Positions 20,573-30,290 of a DNA stretch of 32,000 bases are shown one piece after another. Position numbers and translations under genes: made by a program. How positions within the stretch are numbered: position 1 is the first letter of the stretch; each line of letters starts with the position of its first letter. This DNA comes from Blochmannia endosymbiont of Camponotus nipponensis (GTDB taxonomy: Bacteria; Pseudomonadota; Gammaproteobacteria; Enterobacterales; Enterobacteriaceae). Below the pieces are notes generated by a model that worked only from the letters and a program-made list of their open reading frames with translations, was not told the origin of the DNA and ran no database searches. The DNA lies in contig NZ_CP046534.1 of the NCBI RefSeq assembly GCF_009827135.1, positions 660,001 to 692,000 on the forward strand, in the 5' to 3' direction.

Positions 20573-22135
20573 TCAGAATAACTCCTCAGCACCATGTGCT
20601 GTGGCAATGGCACGCAAAACAGCACGTGCTTTATTACGACTTTCATCGGCTTCAAATTGAGGTATGGAATCTATTACTACACCAGCTCCTGCTTGTACTG
20701 TAGCAGTTTGATTCGTAACGTAAGCTGATCGAATGATGATACATGTATCTAAATTTCCAGAACCAGTTAAGTATCCAATAGCACCTCCATAGGTATTACG
20801 ACGTGCTCCTTCTACTTCATAAATAAGTTGCATTGCTCTAATTTTAGGAGCTCCAGTTAATGTACCCATATTCATACATGCACGATAAGCATGTAGTACA
20901 TCAAGATCATGGCGTAATTCTCCTACTACTCTAGATACTAAATGCATAACAAAGGAATATCTATCTACTTTTAATAAATCAGCGACATAACGACTACCTG
21001 CTTTGCAGATACGTGCTAAATCATTTCTTGCTAAATCTACTAACATTAAATGTTCTGATACTTCTTTATGATTTAAGCGCATTTCTAATTCTATACGGTT
21101 ATCTGAGTCTGTATCTAATGAGCCATCAGCGTGATAAGTTCTGGGTCGTGTACCAGCGATGGGGTAGATTTCAATTTGACGAGTATCTGCATTATATTTT
21201 AAAGAACTTTCTGGAGAAGCCCCGAAAAGTGTAAATGTTATATCTTGCATAAAAAACATGTAAGGACTAGGATTATTAGTTTTCAATACATGGTATGCTG
21301 CTAATGGTGAAGGACATGGAAGAAAAAAGCGTCTTGAAGGAACAGCTTGTAAAATTTCTCCTTGACGTATAGATTGTTGTATTTTTTGTATAATTCGTTT
21401 ATATTTTTTGTCGTTTGGATCACAGTGTAACTTCATATTGCTTATTTTTTTGTACGGAATAGCTTGTGGTGTTTGGTTAAGTTGAGCTTTTAATTGATTC
21501 ATTCTAGTTTGTAATCGATTTTTTTCTAGTATGTTTGAATTAAATACAGTAGTTTGTAATGAAGCGGTATATTTTTTATGATCAAAAACTAATAATGTTT
21601 CCGCTAAGTAGAAACAGTAGTCTGGGAATTTATGAGTATTGATCAATTGTGGAAAAGGTTCAAAACAAGATATTAAATCATAGGAAAATAAACCTCCTAA
21701 AAATATGGCTTTGGGTATGTTTTTGGGAGATTGTATTATTTTTAATAATGCTCGTAAACAATCGAATATCGAAATTGATTGTAGACGTGTATCCTCATCA
21801 ATCGTTGTTTGTATTGTAGGAAACATTAATTTTATTTTATCAGAGGTAGTATTGATTTTTACTTTTACAGGAAATGTTTGTTCTAGTAATGGGAGTAAAC
21901 TTGCACCATTTTTAGTCAAAGCTTGTACAGTGACGATAGTGCCATACGCGGTAATACGTAAGGCGCTGTCAATAATCATCATGCTTTCTATGTTATTTTT
22001 GTTATTAATTTCTGCCGATTCTAATAATAATGTTGAATTACGTTTATTACATAATTGATAAAAAACTGCTGCTGGATTGGAATGATAGCGTACTTGAATG
22101 TTTAAACATTCTGTTTGATTTGTTGTAAATCCCAT
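20573..22135 (-). CDS. trpE: Anthranilate synthase component I
   Basis: 520 aa, the same length as E. coli TrpE. Conserved [50 protein letters not shown] and VQAGAGVV. Confidence 0.97.
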   Translation of the reverse strand: MGFTTNQTECLNIQVRYHSNPAAVFYQLCNKRNSTLLLESAEINNKNNIESMMIIDSALRITAYGTIVTVQALTKNGASLLPLLEQTFPVKVKINTTSDKIKLMFPTIQTTIDEDTRLQSISIFDCLRALLKIIQSPKNIPKAIFLGGLFSYDLISCFEPFPQLINTHKFPDYCFYLAETLLVFDHKKYTASLQTTVFNSNILEKNRLQTRMNQLKAQLNQTPQAIPYKKISNMKLHCDPNDKKYKRIIQKIQQSIRQGEILQAVPSRRFFLPCPSPLAAYHVLKTNNPSPYMFFMQDITFTLFGASPESSLKYNADTRQIEIYPIAGTRPRTYHADGSLDTDSDNRIELEMRLNHKEVSEHLMLVDLARNDLARICKAGSRYVADLLKVDRYSFVMHLVSRVVGELRHDLDVLHAYRACMNMGTLTGAPKIRAMQLIYEVEGARRNTYGGAIGYLTGSGNLDTCIIIRSAYVTNQTATVQAGAGVVIDSIPQFEADESRNKARAVLRAIATAHGAEELF

Positions 22136-22330
22136 TATTTCATTGTCCTAGTTATTTATTTATAAAAGCACCTTATTTATATTAACGATGTAATTGGAAT
22201 ATTTTCAAGTATATTAAATATTTTAATAAATATTTAATTATTAGAAACGGCTTATATGAGTGAAATACTCAATTTTCTTGTGTTGTGATTATATAATTAT
22301 TCTACAAAGATACGAATACTAATTGTGTTA

Positions 22331-22359
22331 GTAATACTAGTTTTTTTTTTAAATGTCAA
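22331..22359 (-). promoter_or_regulatory. Probable trp operon promoter with a degenerate TrpR-operator half-site
   Basis: The minus strand reads TTGACA - TTTAAAAAAAAAACTAG (17 nt) - TATTAC. The E. coli trp promoter, as I recall it, reads TTGACA - ATTAATCATCGAACTAG (17 nt) - TTAACT. The -35 hexamer, the spacer length and the AACTAGT operator half-site are shared. The second half-site is degraded (ACTAAC). It lies about 190 nt upstream of the trpE ATG. Confidence 0.5.
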
Positions 22360-23380
22360 ATAATGATAATTGCAAAGATAGTAAAAACATTTTTATTAAA
22401 TACAATTAATGCGATCATGTTACGTAGTTTTATATGCGGTAAAATTATTGTAATGAATATAAAATTTTACAAAATTATTAGCGTGATATATATAGTTCAT
22501 CGCAGTTTTTATACTCATTAATGATATTAATTGGGAAGTTGTATTATCAAAATAAATTATAAATTGAATTTAATGAATATGTGGAAATAAAGAACACAAA
22601 TATATGAAGGCATATATTTAATAATGGTTTTAGTTATGTGGTGTATTATATATATATTAGTGTTATAGTTTGCTATTATATTTATTTGATTTATTAATTA
22701 TATTACAATTGCGTTAACATTCAACCGAATATACTATACAATTTTTAGATTAGTTAGTGGTGTAATTTATAAAAAATTAATTGATGTTAGTATAATAGTT
22801 AAAATATAGAAAGTAATTAATGATAAATGTAATAAAAATTTTTAATTGATTGTTTAAAAATTCATTTAATGTTTATTTTTATTATTAAATAACTTTAGAT
22901 TGGTTAATAGTGATCAAAAGTGTTAGCTTATGTTTGATTATGAAATAGTCATTTTTTGTATAGTTAATTTGAGTCAGAAGTATGAATAAAAGTAGTTTGT
23001 TCATCAGTCTTATTTTATAAATAAAGAAAATAGGGTAATTTATTTATTTTTTTATGTTTTTGTTTATGTAAGTTACTCAATTTGAGTTAATTGGCAATTA
23101 ATATTAAATATAGTTATATAGAAAATATTTTGATTTGATATATGTAATTGTACTTGTATCATATTTTGCTATAAATTACCCAAAAATAAATTATTAAATG
23201 TTTCGGCGTTTGAAATATTTTAATTAGTTAAATTATAATGATGATACATAAATCATTACCGTTCTATATTAAAACAACATGAATTAAGAATTGGATGCAG
23301 CTATCAAAAATAATCAGTGTAATTATTTTATTTATGCCTAAAATTTTACTGAGTTAATAAAAGAGACTAAAAAATTAATA

Positions 23381-23422
23381 ATAATAATAGTATCGTAGAT
23401 CGTGATCTGATACTATTATTAT
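23381..23422. repeat. 42-bp composite palindrome or hairpin with two GATC sites; possible relic intrinsic terminator on the minus strand
   Basis: ATAATAATAGTATC-gt-AGATC-gt-GATCT-GATACTATTATTAT. The outer arms are 14 bp and perfect, and the inner arms are 5 bp. On the minus strand the stem is followed by TATTAATTTTTT. Confidence 0.5.
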
Positions 23423-24302
23423 AAATATTATTTGTAAATAGTATTGTGGTTGTTATTTTTGTTTCAAATAGCGTATTGTTACGGGGTATATGAAGAATTT
23501 AGTGGTTGATTTGTAATTTATAAAAGATAACTGTTACTATTGATATATAGTATCACATTTATTGTTATACATATCAATATAATCTATATCTTATAATCAC
23601 AAATATATTATTTGTTTCGGAAATATTTTCAAATATGTCAATTACGGTTTGTGTACTGAATCAAATGTATATATACATAATAAGTATTAATTTGATAAAA
23701 TAGGTTGATTGTGGCTATTTCAATTGAAGTAGTTTTTAATTAAAAAATTTAATTGATTGTTTGTTGATATGTAAGTAAATCGTTAAATATATTATAATGA
23801 TGGCAATTGATTATTTGATAAAAATTTTTTGTAAATATAATTTTTTAAATTGTAATTACATGTGTTCAAGACTGGAAAATCAACAATGAAATAAATTTTA
23901 AAAAAAATTTTTAGAATTAAATGTAATATTAGTACATATCAGCAATTTTTACGTAATATTATAAATCCATGAAGTTGGTTTTTAATGTATTTAATTAATA
24001 ATTCAGATTTATTTTTAAATCTATAAGAACAATTAGAACACATTATATACAATGATAACGTTATGAATAATTATTGTATACGGAGCAAATATAGAAAGTT
24101 ATACCGATTACAGTTCAATGAATTGTTATTTGTAGATAATCAATAATTTTATTAAAAATTTATTAATTTGAATGTGTTTTTAATTAAGTCGATGAAATTA
24201 AAAGGAAATAATTTAGCATGAAGTAGATAGATATAGGGAAGATAAAAGATATTTTTTATAAAAAATGAGGGTGATCATTCAGCAAATATCATATGATTAC
24301 AT

Positions 24303-24455
24303 ATGGCTCAAAATAATATGATTTATGTGATGAATTGTAGAAACAGGATAAATAATAATACATTCATGTTAATTTTGTCAATTAATGTATTCTTAATACG
24401 TGAGATTAAGCTCATAAACTCTTCTATATTACAATGTAATGGTGATAATGATTAG
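24303..24455 (+). pseudogene. Possible relic of the aconitase A C-terminus (50-codon ORF); very tentative
   Basis: The hand-translated plus-strand ORF MAQNNMIYVMNCRNRINNNTFMLILSINVFLIREIKL... weakly echoes the E. coli AcnA tail as I recall it (VVPCRCRIDTATELTYYQNDGILHYVIRNMLK): C-R-x-R-I-[DN] and, later, [VL]-I-R-x-[MI]. It is on the strand and at the position (convergent with ribA) where acnA sits in E. coli. Confidence 0.2.
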
Positions 24456-24619
24456 CCATATATTTACATATGTGTATTATATATGTTTTATATAGACAAC
24501 AAGCCTGTTGTTATTTTTTTTAATATATATAGTAGTTGCTAAAAAATATTTTTTTGTATGGTAGACATTTTTAATTTCTTTGGGAAGCCCACATAATATA
24601 TTTTTTATTATACGATTTT

Positions 24620-25219
24620 TTATTTATGATAGTTATAAAATAAATGTCCTAATTTAGATGCTTTGGTATCTAAATATCTAGAATTTTCTGGATTTCTTCC
24701 TACTATTAATGGAACTCGTTCTGTAATGTTAATACACGATTTATTTAAAATTTCTACTTTTTTGGGGTTATTGGTTAAAATACGTATTTTTTTTACATAC
24801 AATAATTTTAAAATATCTGCACAAATAGTGAAATCTCTTTCATCAGGAGCAAAACCTAAACATTGGTTTGCTTCTACTGTATCAGCTCCATGATCTTGTA
24901 ATGCATAAGCACGGATTTTATTTAATAATCCTATATTACGTCCTTCTTGTCTATGATAGATTAAAATACCACGTTTTTCTTCTGTAATGCAATGCAATGC
25001 TGTTTTTAGTTGAAAGCCGCAATCACAGCGTGAACTAAATAAAGCGTCACCCGTTAAGCATTCAGAATGTATTCGTGTTAACACTGGATCTGATCCGGTT
25101 ATATTTCCGTATATTAACGCAACATGATGATGTCCGGTAAAATTTTCCTCAAAACCTACTATTAAAAAGTTCCCCCAAAGTGTTGGTAGTCTTGCTTCTG
25201 TCACACGCCTAAGTCGCAT
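24620..25219 (-). CDS. ribA: GTP cyclohydrolase II
   Basis: 199 aa, collinear with E. coli RibA. Conserved [20 protein letters not shown] zinc site, [22 protein letters not shown] and [20 protein letters not shown] Shine-Dalgarno sequence 5 nt upstream of the ATG. Confidence 0.97.
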   Translation of the reverse strand: MRLRRVTEARLPTLWGNFLIVGFEENFTGHHHVALIYGNITGSDPVLTRIHSECLTGDALFSSRCDCGFQLKTALHCITEEKRGILIYHRQEGRNIGLLNKIRAYALQDHGADTVEANQCLGFAPDERDFTICADILKLLYVKKIRILTNNPKKVEILNKSCINITERVPLIVGRNPENSRYLDTKASKLGHLFYNYHK

Positions 25220-26365
25220 GTTATCACCTCTCCAAAGATATAATCAAGAATGTCTATTTCTATATTAAAGCATTGATAGTTTTTCAATAATCACATTGAA
25301 GTATACAATATGTTATATATAATGATATTCATATTATAATTATTTTTGATGTAATAATGTTTTAATTAATTATTAAGTACTCAGTGTATATGACATGGTT
25401 TTGCGATATGCATAATTACTAAAAATTAGTATGATCAATTTTTATTTTTATAGTGATATTTTTCAAAAAATTGTATCTGAAAAGTAATATTCATTAGATA
25501 ATTAAAACCTATAACAGTATAATATACTTAAAAATATTTATGAATATCTATCATAGATTATTGATCTAATTAAAATTTTAATATATATAAGCAACATATG
25601 TTACTTTTCAGATATGTCTAATGATTATAGATTAAAACAGATATTTCGCCCGAATAATTATAGTTTGATGATAAATGTTAGTAAATAATATATGAGTGAT
25701 AAAATATCATACTGAATATTTAATTTTTTTATATAAAATAAATATAGTAATGACAATAAATAGCGATATTAGTATATAATTGTACAGTAGTTCTATGTTT
25801 CTTGATTTGTATGAATCATTAAAAAATTGTAAATTGTATATTTTGAATATCTATGTAATTGAAATTTTATGTTATTTCTAACAAATATAATTATTGATGT
25901 ATGCAAGTAGTGTGATTCAAATTTTATAAATTTTGATTTTTTATATTTCCTTATTTTTATTATAAGCACAAAAATTATATAGAAATGCATGAGTATATAC
26001 AAATAAAACTATGAATTTTTTTATATAAAATGAATCAAAAATAATTGTGTGAGATATAAAACGTGTATTTTTATAATCAAAATAATATAATAATAATTGA
26101 TAACAGTAGCTGTAAAAGGATATTTAATTTTGGTTAATTTATTATTAGTTTTACACAGAAATAAATAGAAGAATATGTTTGTCTATATCTTGATTATATA
26201 GAATGGTTTTAAATTAACAGTAAATAATGATGATTAGAATTGTTATCAATATTATATATATATTATTATGACTGTATATGCATAAAGGGACATGTAGACA
26301 TAAATTTGTTTATGTTGATTAATATTACTAAATAATAATAGATATATTAAATTAATTTACGACTA

Positions 26366-26406
26366 TATCAATATATTTAACTAAATGTTAGTTAAATATA
26401 TTGATA
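26366..26406. repeat. Perfect 41-bp palindrome (19-bp arms, 3-nt centre) in the ribA-fabI spacer
   Basis: TATCAATATATTTAACTAA-ATG-TTAGTTAAATATATTGATA. I checked all 19 arm positions base by base and all are complementary. There is no U-tract following it on either strand. Confidence 0.9.
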
Positions 26407-26854
26407 AAAAATGGGAGTATTTTTTATACTTTTAATATTATTTATCATAGTAATTTGATGCAATTTATTTCTAAACATAAGTTTTTGATATCTATTTTTA
26501 TAGATTATGCTTATTAATTAGAATAAAATAACATATATAATATTTTAAAGTATAGCTAACAAGTGTTTTATGTTTAATGTTATTGGTGTGATATGACGAA
26601 AATCATAAATTAAAATAAATAATAGAATTACAATATTATAGATGTTATTGAAAATAATGGTGTAATATCAATAAGTTTATGAAAATATTTTATAATGTTA
26701 CCCTATATAATTAAGAATATATGAGCGTTTTCATATTCGGTGAAGGGAAATTTTATGAAAAATAACAGTATTATCATGATCTATTTTTTGAATCATTGAT
26801 ATATTAAATGTATTCATTATATAACTATAACAATACAAGTTAAATTTAGGAGAT

Positions 26855-27646
26855 ATGGGTATGGTTTTGCTTAGTAATAAGCGGATTTTAATCACCGGCA
26901 TGATTAACAATCGGTCTATAGCTTATGGTGTTGCTCAAGCTTTACATAGAGAAGGCTCTGAATTAGCCTTTACTTATCATACCGAAAAACTAAAATTAAG
27001 GGTGCAAACTTTATCTAAAAATTTCGGCTCTGACATTGTGTTGCCATGTGATGTGTCTGAAGATTCTTGCATAGATAAATTGTTTGTTGAATTAAAAAAA
27101 AGGTGGTTGACTTTTGATGGCTTTGTTCATGCAATAGCGTTTGCTCCTACTGATCAGTTAATAGGTGATTATGTAGATACTGTCACTCGCGAGGGATTTG
27201 TGTTATCTCATGTTGTTAGTTCTTATAGTTTTGTGAGAATAACTAAAGCATGTAGAAGTATGTTAAACAATGGTGCATCTTTAGTTACATTAACTTATTT
27301 AGGTGCTATACGGGCTATACCTTATTATAATGTTATGGGATTAGCTAAAGCTTCATTGGAAGCTAATACTCGTTATATGGCTAGTGCTATGGGACCGGAA
27401 GGAATTCGTGTTAATGCAATATCTTGTGGACCTGTTCGTACCTTAGCATCGTCTGGTATTAAGAATTTTAAAAAAATGTTACTGCATTACCAAAAGCAAT
27501 CACCAATGCGTCGTAATATTTCTATTAAAGAAATAGGGAACGTTGCTGTATTTTTATGTTCTGACCTATCATCTGGTATTACTGGTGAAGTGATTTATGT
27601 TGATGGCGGATTCAACATAGTGGCTAATATAAATGATGTAGAATGA
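26855..27646 (+). CDS. fabI: Enoyl-ACP reductase (NADH) FabI
   Basis: 263 aa, collinear with E. coli FabI (MGFLSGKRILVTG against [15 protein letters not shown]). Catalytic [10 protein letters not shown] (Tyr/Lys) is present. An AGGAG at 26848-26852 is only 2 nt from the ATG at 26855 and 8 nt from the in-frame ATG at 26861, so the true start may be 26861. Confidence 0.95.
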   Translation: MGMVLLSNKRILITGMINNRSIAYGVAQALHREGSELAFTYHTEKLKLRVQTLSKNFGSDIVLPCDVSEDSCIDKLFVELKKRWLTFDGFVHAIAFAPTDQLIGDYVDTVTREGFVLSHVVSSYSFVRITKACRSMLNNGASLVTLTYLGAIRAIPYYNVMGLAKASLEANTRYMASAMGPEGIRVNAISCGPVRTLASSGIKNFKKMLLHYQKQSPMRRNISIKEIGNVAVFLCSDLSSGITGEVIYVDGGFNIVANINDVE

Positions 27647-27955
27647 TTACTAATATAATTAATTAATGGTGGATTGTAGTATTATGTTGTTTGTATATTT
27701 GCTTCATTTTTATAAAAATTATACAGAGATGTGTATTATTTGTGATATTGTACTTTTTTGTTAATATTCTTTAGATAATGGTGGTAGATAATTTATTTAT
27801 AATGGTTGTTAATATGAAACAAATATTTAATTTTTTTATAATGTTGTTCATATTTAAAATATGATGGAGATAAAAAGAATTTATGTTTTGAGAATCAAAA
27901 TTAGAAATGCTAAAAAATTTTAGTATTATATATGATATATAAAAATAGGATAAAC

Positions 27956-28597
27956 ATGCAATATCATATCGTACCGGTTACACATTTTCATCAAAATTGT
28001 TCAATAATTTGGTGTGAAATAACACATGAGGCTGTTTTGGTAGATCCTGGGGGAGAAAGTGACAAATTACGGTTGGAAATTGATAAATTAGAAGTACATG
28101 TAAATAAAATTTTATTAACTCATGGTCACATTGATCATGTTGGTGGTGCAATGGAATTGCAGCAATATTATAGTATTCCAATAATAGGACCGAATAAAGC
28201 TGATCGATCATTATTAGATAATTTATTTGTTCAATGTAGTATATTGAATGTAGAGATTCCTAGCAGCGATGTTACTGCAATTGTTCCAGATGTTTGGTTA
28301 GAAGATGGAGATGTAGTACGTGTAGGTTGTGAAGTTTTTAATACACTACATTGTCCAGGACATTCTCCAGGCCATGTAGTATACTGGAATAAAATGAGTA
28401 AATTCGTAGTGATGGGAGATGTGTTATTTAAAGGTAGTATTGGTCGCACAGATTTACCAGGAGGGAATATTACAACATTGCTTCATTCTATTAAAACTAA
28501 GTTATTACCATTGGGAGATGACGTTCAATTTTTACCAGGGCATGGTAAAATGTCTACAATTGGGCATGAACGGGCGAATAATGTTTTCATAGTATAA
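27956..28597 (+). CDS. ycbL: Metallo-beta-lactamase-fold hydrolase YcbL (glyoxalase II-like)
   Basis: [20 protein letters not shown] aligns with E. coli YcbL [30 protein letters not shown] metal motif and [10 protein letters not shown] are present. The AGGA Shine-Dalgarno sequence 5 nt upstream supports the ATG at 27956 rather than the track start at 27932. Confidence 0.92.
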   Translation: [213 protein letters not shown]

Positions 28598-28868
28598 TTA
28601 TTGTGATTAGAGTAAGTTCATAAGATAAATAAGAAAGAATTTAGTTGATATGATTATTTTAATTTGAGAAAAATGAACTTTTTTATTATGTTTTGAAACA
28701 AAATTATTTGAACTTAAAACATATGAACGCAACTTCATATTTTACGTTTTACATTTTAATTAAAATTATTCAAATATATTAGAATATTAAGTAAATCACC
28801 TATTTGTGTTACGAATAGCCACAATTATAGCTTTTAGTTATATTATGTATAATGTTAAGTATCTGATC

Positions 28869-30086
28869 CTAATAGTATGATGATTGTGTGTCTTGTAAAG
28901 TTTTTATTATAGCTCTACTTACATATATGATGTTATCATCTGATAAACCAGCCAAATTAATTCTACCTGCGCCTACTAAATAAATACCAAATTGATCCCT
29001 CAATTTAATTACTTGATTTTCGTTAAATCCCATGAAAGAAAACATACCACACTGGTGCTTAATAAAATCAAAATTTTTGTTTTTGCTATTATCTTGTAAA
29101 GTATTCAACAGTAAGTTTCTCATGTGATTAATATGTTCCCGCATGTTTTTTAGTTCTTTTTTCCATATAGATCGCAGAGTACTATTGTGCAATATTAAAG
29201 ATACAATGGATGCTCCATGTGCCGGTGGGTTAGAGTAATTACCACGAATAACAACTCGCAATTGACTTAATACACGTTCTGCATCATCATTGCTATTAGT
29301 TATTATGGTACATGCTCCTACTCGTTCGTTGTATAACCCAAAGTTTTTAGAATAAGAATTGCAAATTATCAATTCTTCATTTTTTTTACAGAAAATATAT
29401 AGCCCTTCAAGATCTTCTCTTAATCCTTTAGAAAATCCTTGATAAGCTAAATCAAACAAAGGTAACCACTGGTTTTTTGCAGATAACTCGGATAAGACGT
29501 TCCATTGTTCGGTATTAGGATCAATGCCTGTAGGATTATGGCAACAACAATGAAATAATACAACATCATTAGGTTTAATATTTTTTAAACTTGAGTATAA
29601 CTTATCAAAATTTAATGAATGAATATTGTTATCGTAATAAGGGTAAGTATATACCTCTAATCCTGCGGCAAGGAAAATGTTTCTGTGATTTACCCAACTA
29701 GGAGAGCTAATCCATATACGTTTAGATTTAGTGTTCTTTACTATAAATTCAGCTGCAATACGTAATGCACCAGTGCCTCCGGGAGTTTGAACTGTTCGTG
29801 TGCGTTTTCTTGAAATAATAGAATCATCATTTGGTCCAAATAACAAATTCTGAGTAGCGGTATTAAAATCATGTATGCCCTCTATGCTAAGATAATTTTT
29901 ATTGGTTTCATGTTTTAACAGCCATTCTTCGGCTTGTTTAACACTAGATAAAACAGGAGTGTTTTTCATTTCATCAATGTATACACCTATTCCGAGATTA
30001 ATTTTATTTTTTCGTTTATCAGTATCGTAAATTTCTGATAAACCAAGAATTGGATCAGCAGGCGCCATTCTAATAGACTCAAACAT
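28869..30086 (-). CDS. aspC: Aspartate aminotransferase
   Basis: MFESIRMAPADPILGL aligns with E. coli AspC MFENITAAPADPILGL. Conserved SYSKNFGLYNERVG (PLP lysine), CCHNPTG and NYSNPPAHGA. The track start at 30095 is 3 codons upstream. Confidence 0.96.
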   Translation of the reverse strand: MFESIRMAPADPILGLSEIYDTDKRKNKINLGIGVYIDEMKNTPVLSSVKQAEEWLLKHETNKNYLSIEGIHDFNTATQNLLFGPNDDSIISRKRTRTVQTPGGTGALRIAAEFIVKNTKSKRIWISSPSWVNHRNIFLAAGLEVYTYPYYDNNIHSLNFDKLYSSLKNIKPNDVVLFHCCCHNPTGIDPNTEQWNVLSELSAKNQWLPLFDLAYQGFSKGLREDLEGLYIFCKKNEELIICNSYSKNFGLYNERVGACTIITNSNDDAERVLSQLRVVIRGNYSNPPAHGASIVSLILHNSTLRSIWKKELKNMREHINHMRNLLLNTLQDNSKNKNFDFIKHQCGMFSFMGFNENQVIKLRDQFGIYLVGAGRINLAGLSDDNIIYVSRAIIKTLQDTQSSYY

Positions 30087-30290
30087 AACATACATCCGTA
30101 TTTATTATAATATGCATAATTCTATATTTATATCAAAACTATTATTGTTTGCCAACTATTTATATTAAAATTTTTAATTTAAATATAAAATAATAATGGA
30201 TATTATAGTTTGATATAGATATAACAGATTATTTTTAAATACTACAATTATATTTATTTTTATTTTATGTAAGTTTATATATAGATATTG

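Noticed and set aside
22135-22143. Mini-ORF ATG-AAA-TAA whose stop overlaps the trpE ATG (TAATG).
   Set aside because: It is three codons long with no Trp codon, so it cannot act as a trp leader peptide. It is most likely a chance ATG in an A/T-rich ribosome-binding region.
22835-22855. Direct repeat of about 15-20 nt (AAAAATT..TAATTGATTGTTT) shared between 22835-22855 and 23743-23763.
   Set aside because: At this composition, tens of 15-mer coincidences are expected in 32 kb. The flanks do not extend the match.
25793-26002. 69-aa minus-strand ORF in the ribA-fabI desert.
   Set aside because: Same reasoning as above: the sequence (MYILMHFYIIFVLIIKIRKYKK...) looks like translated A/T-rich noise, with no motif or RBS support. 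Transcript or proteome data could overturn this.
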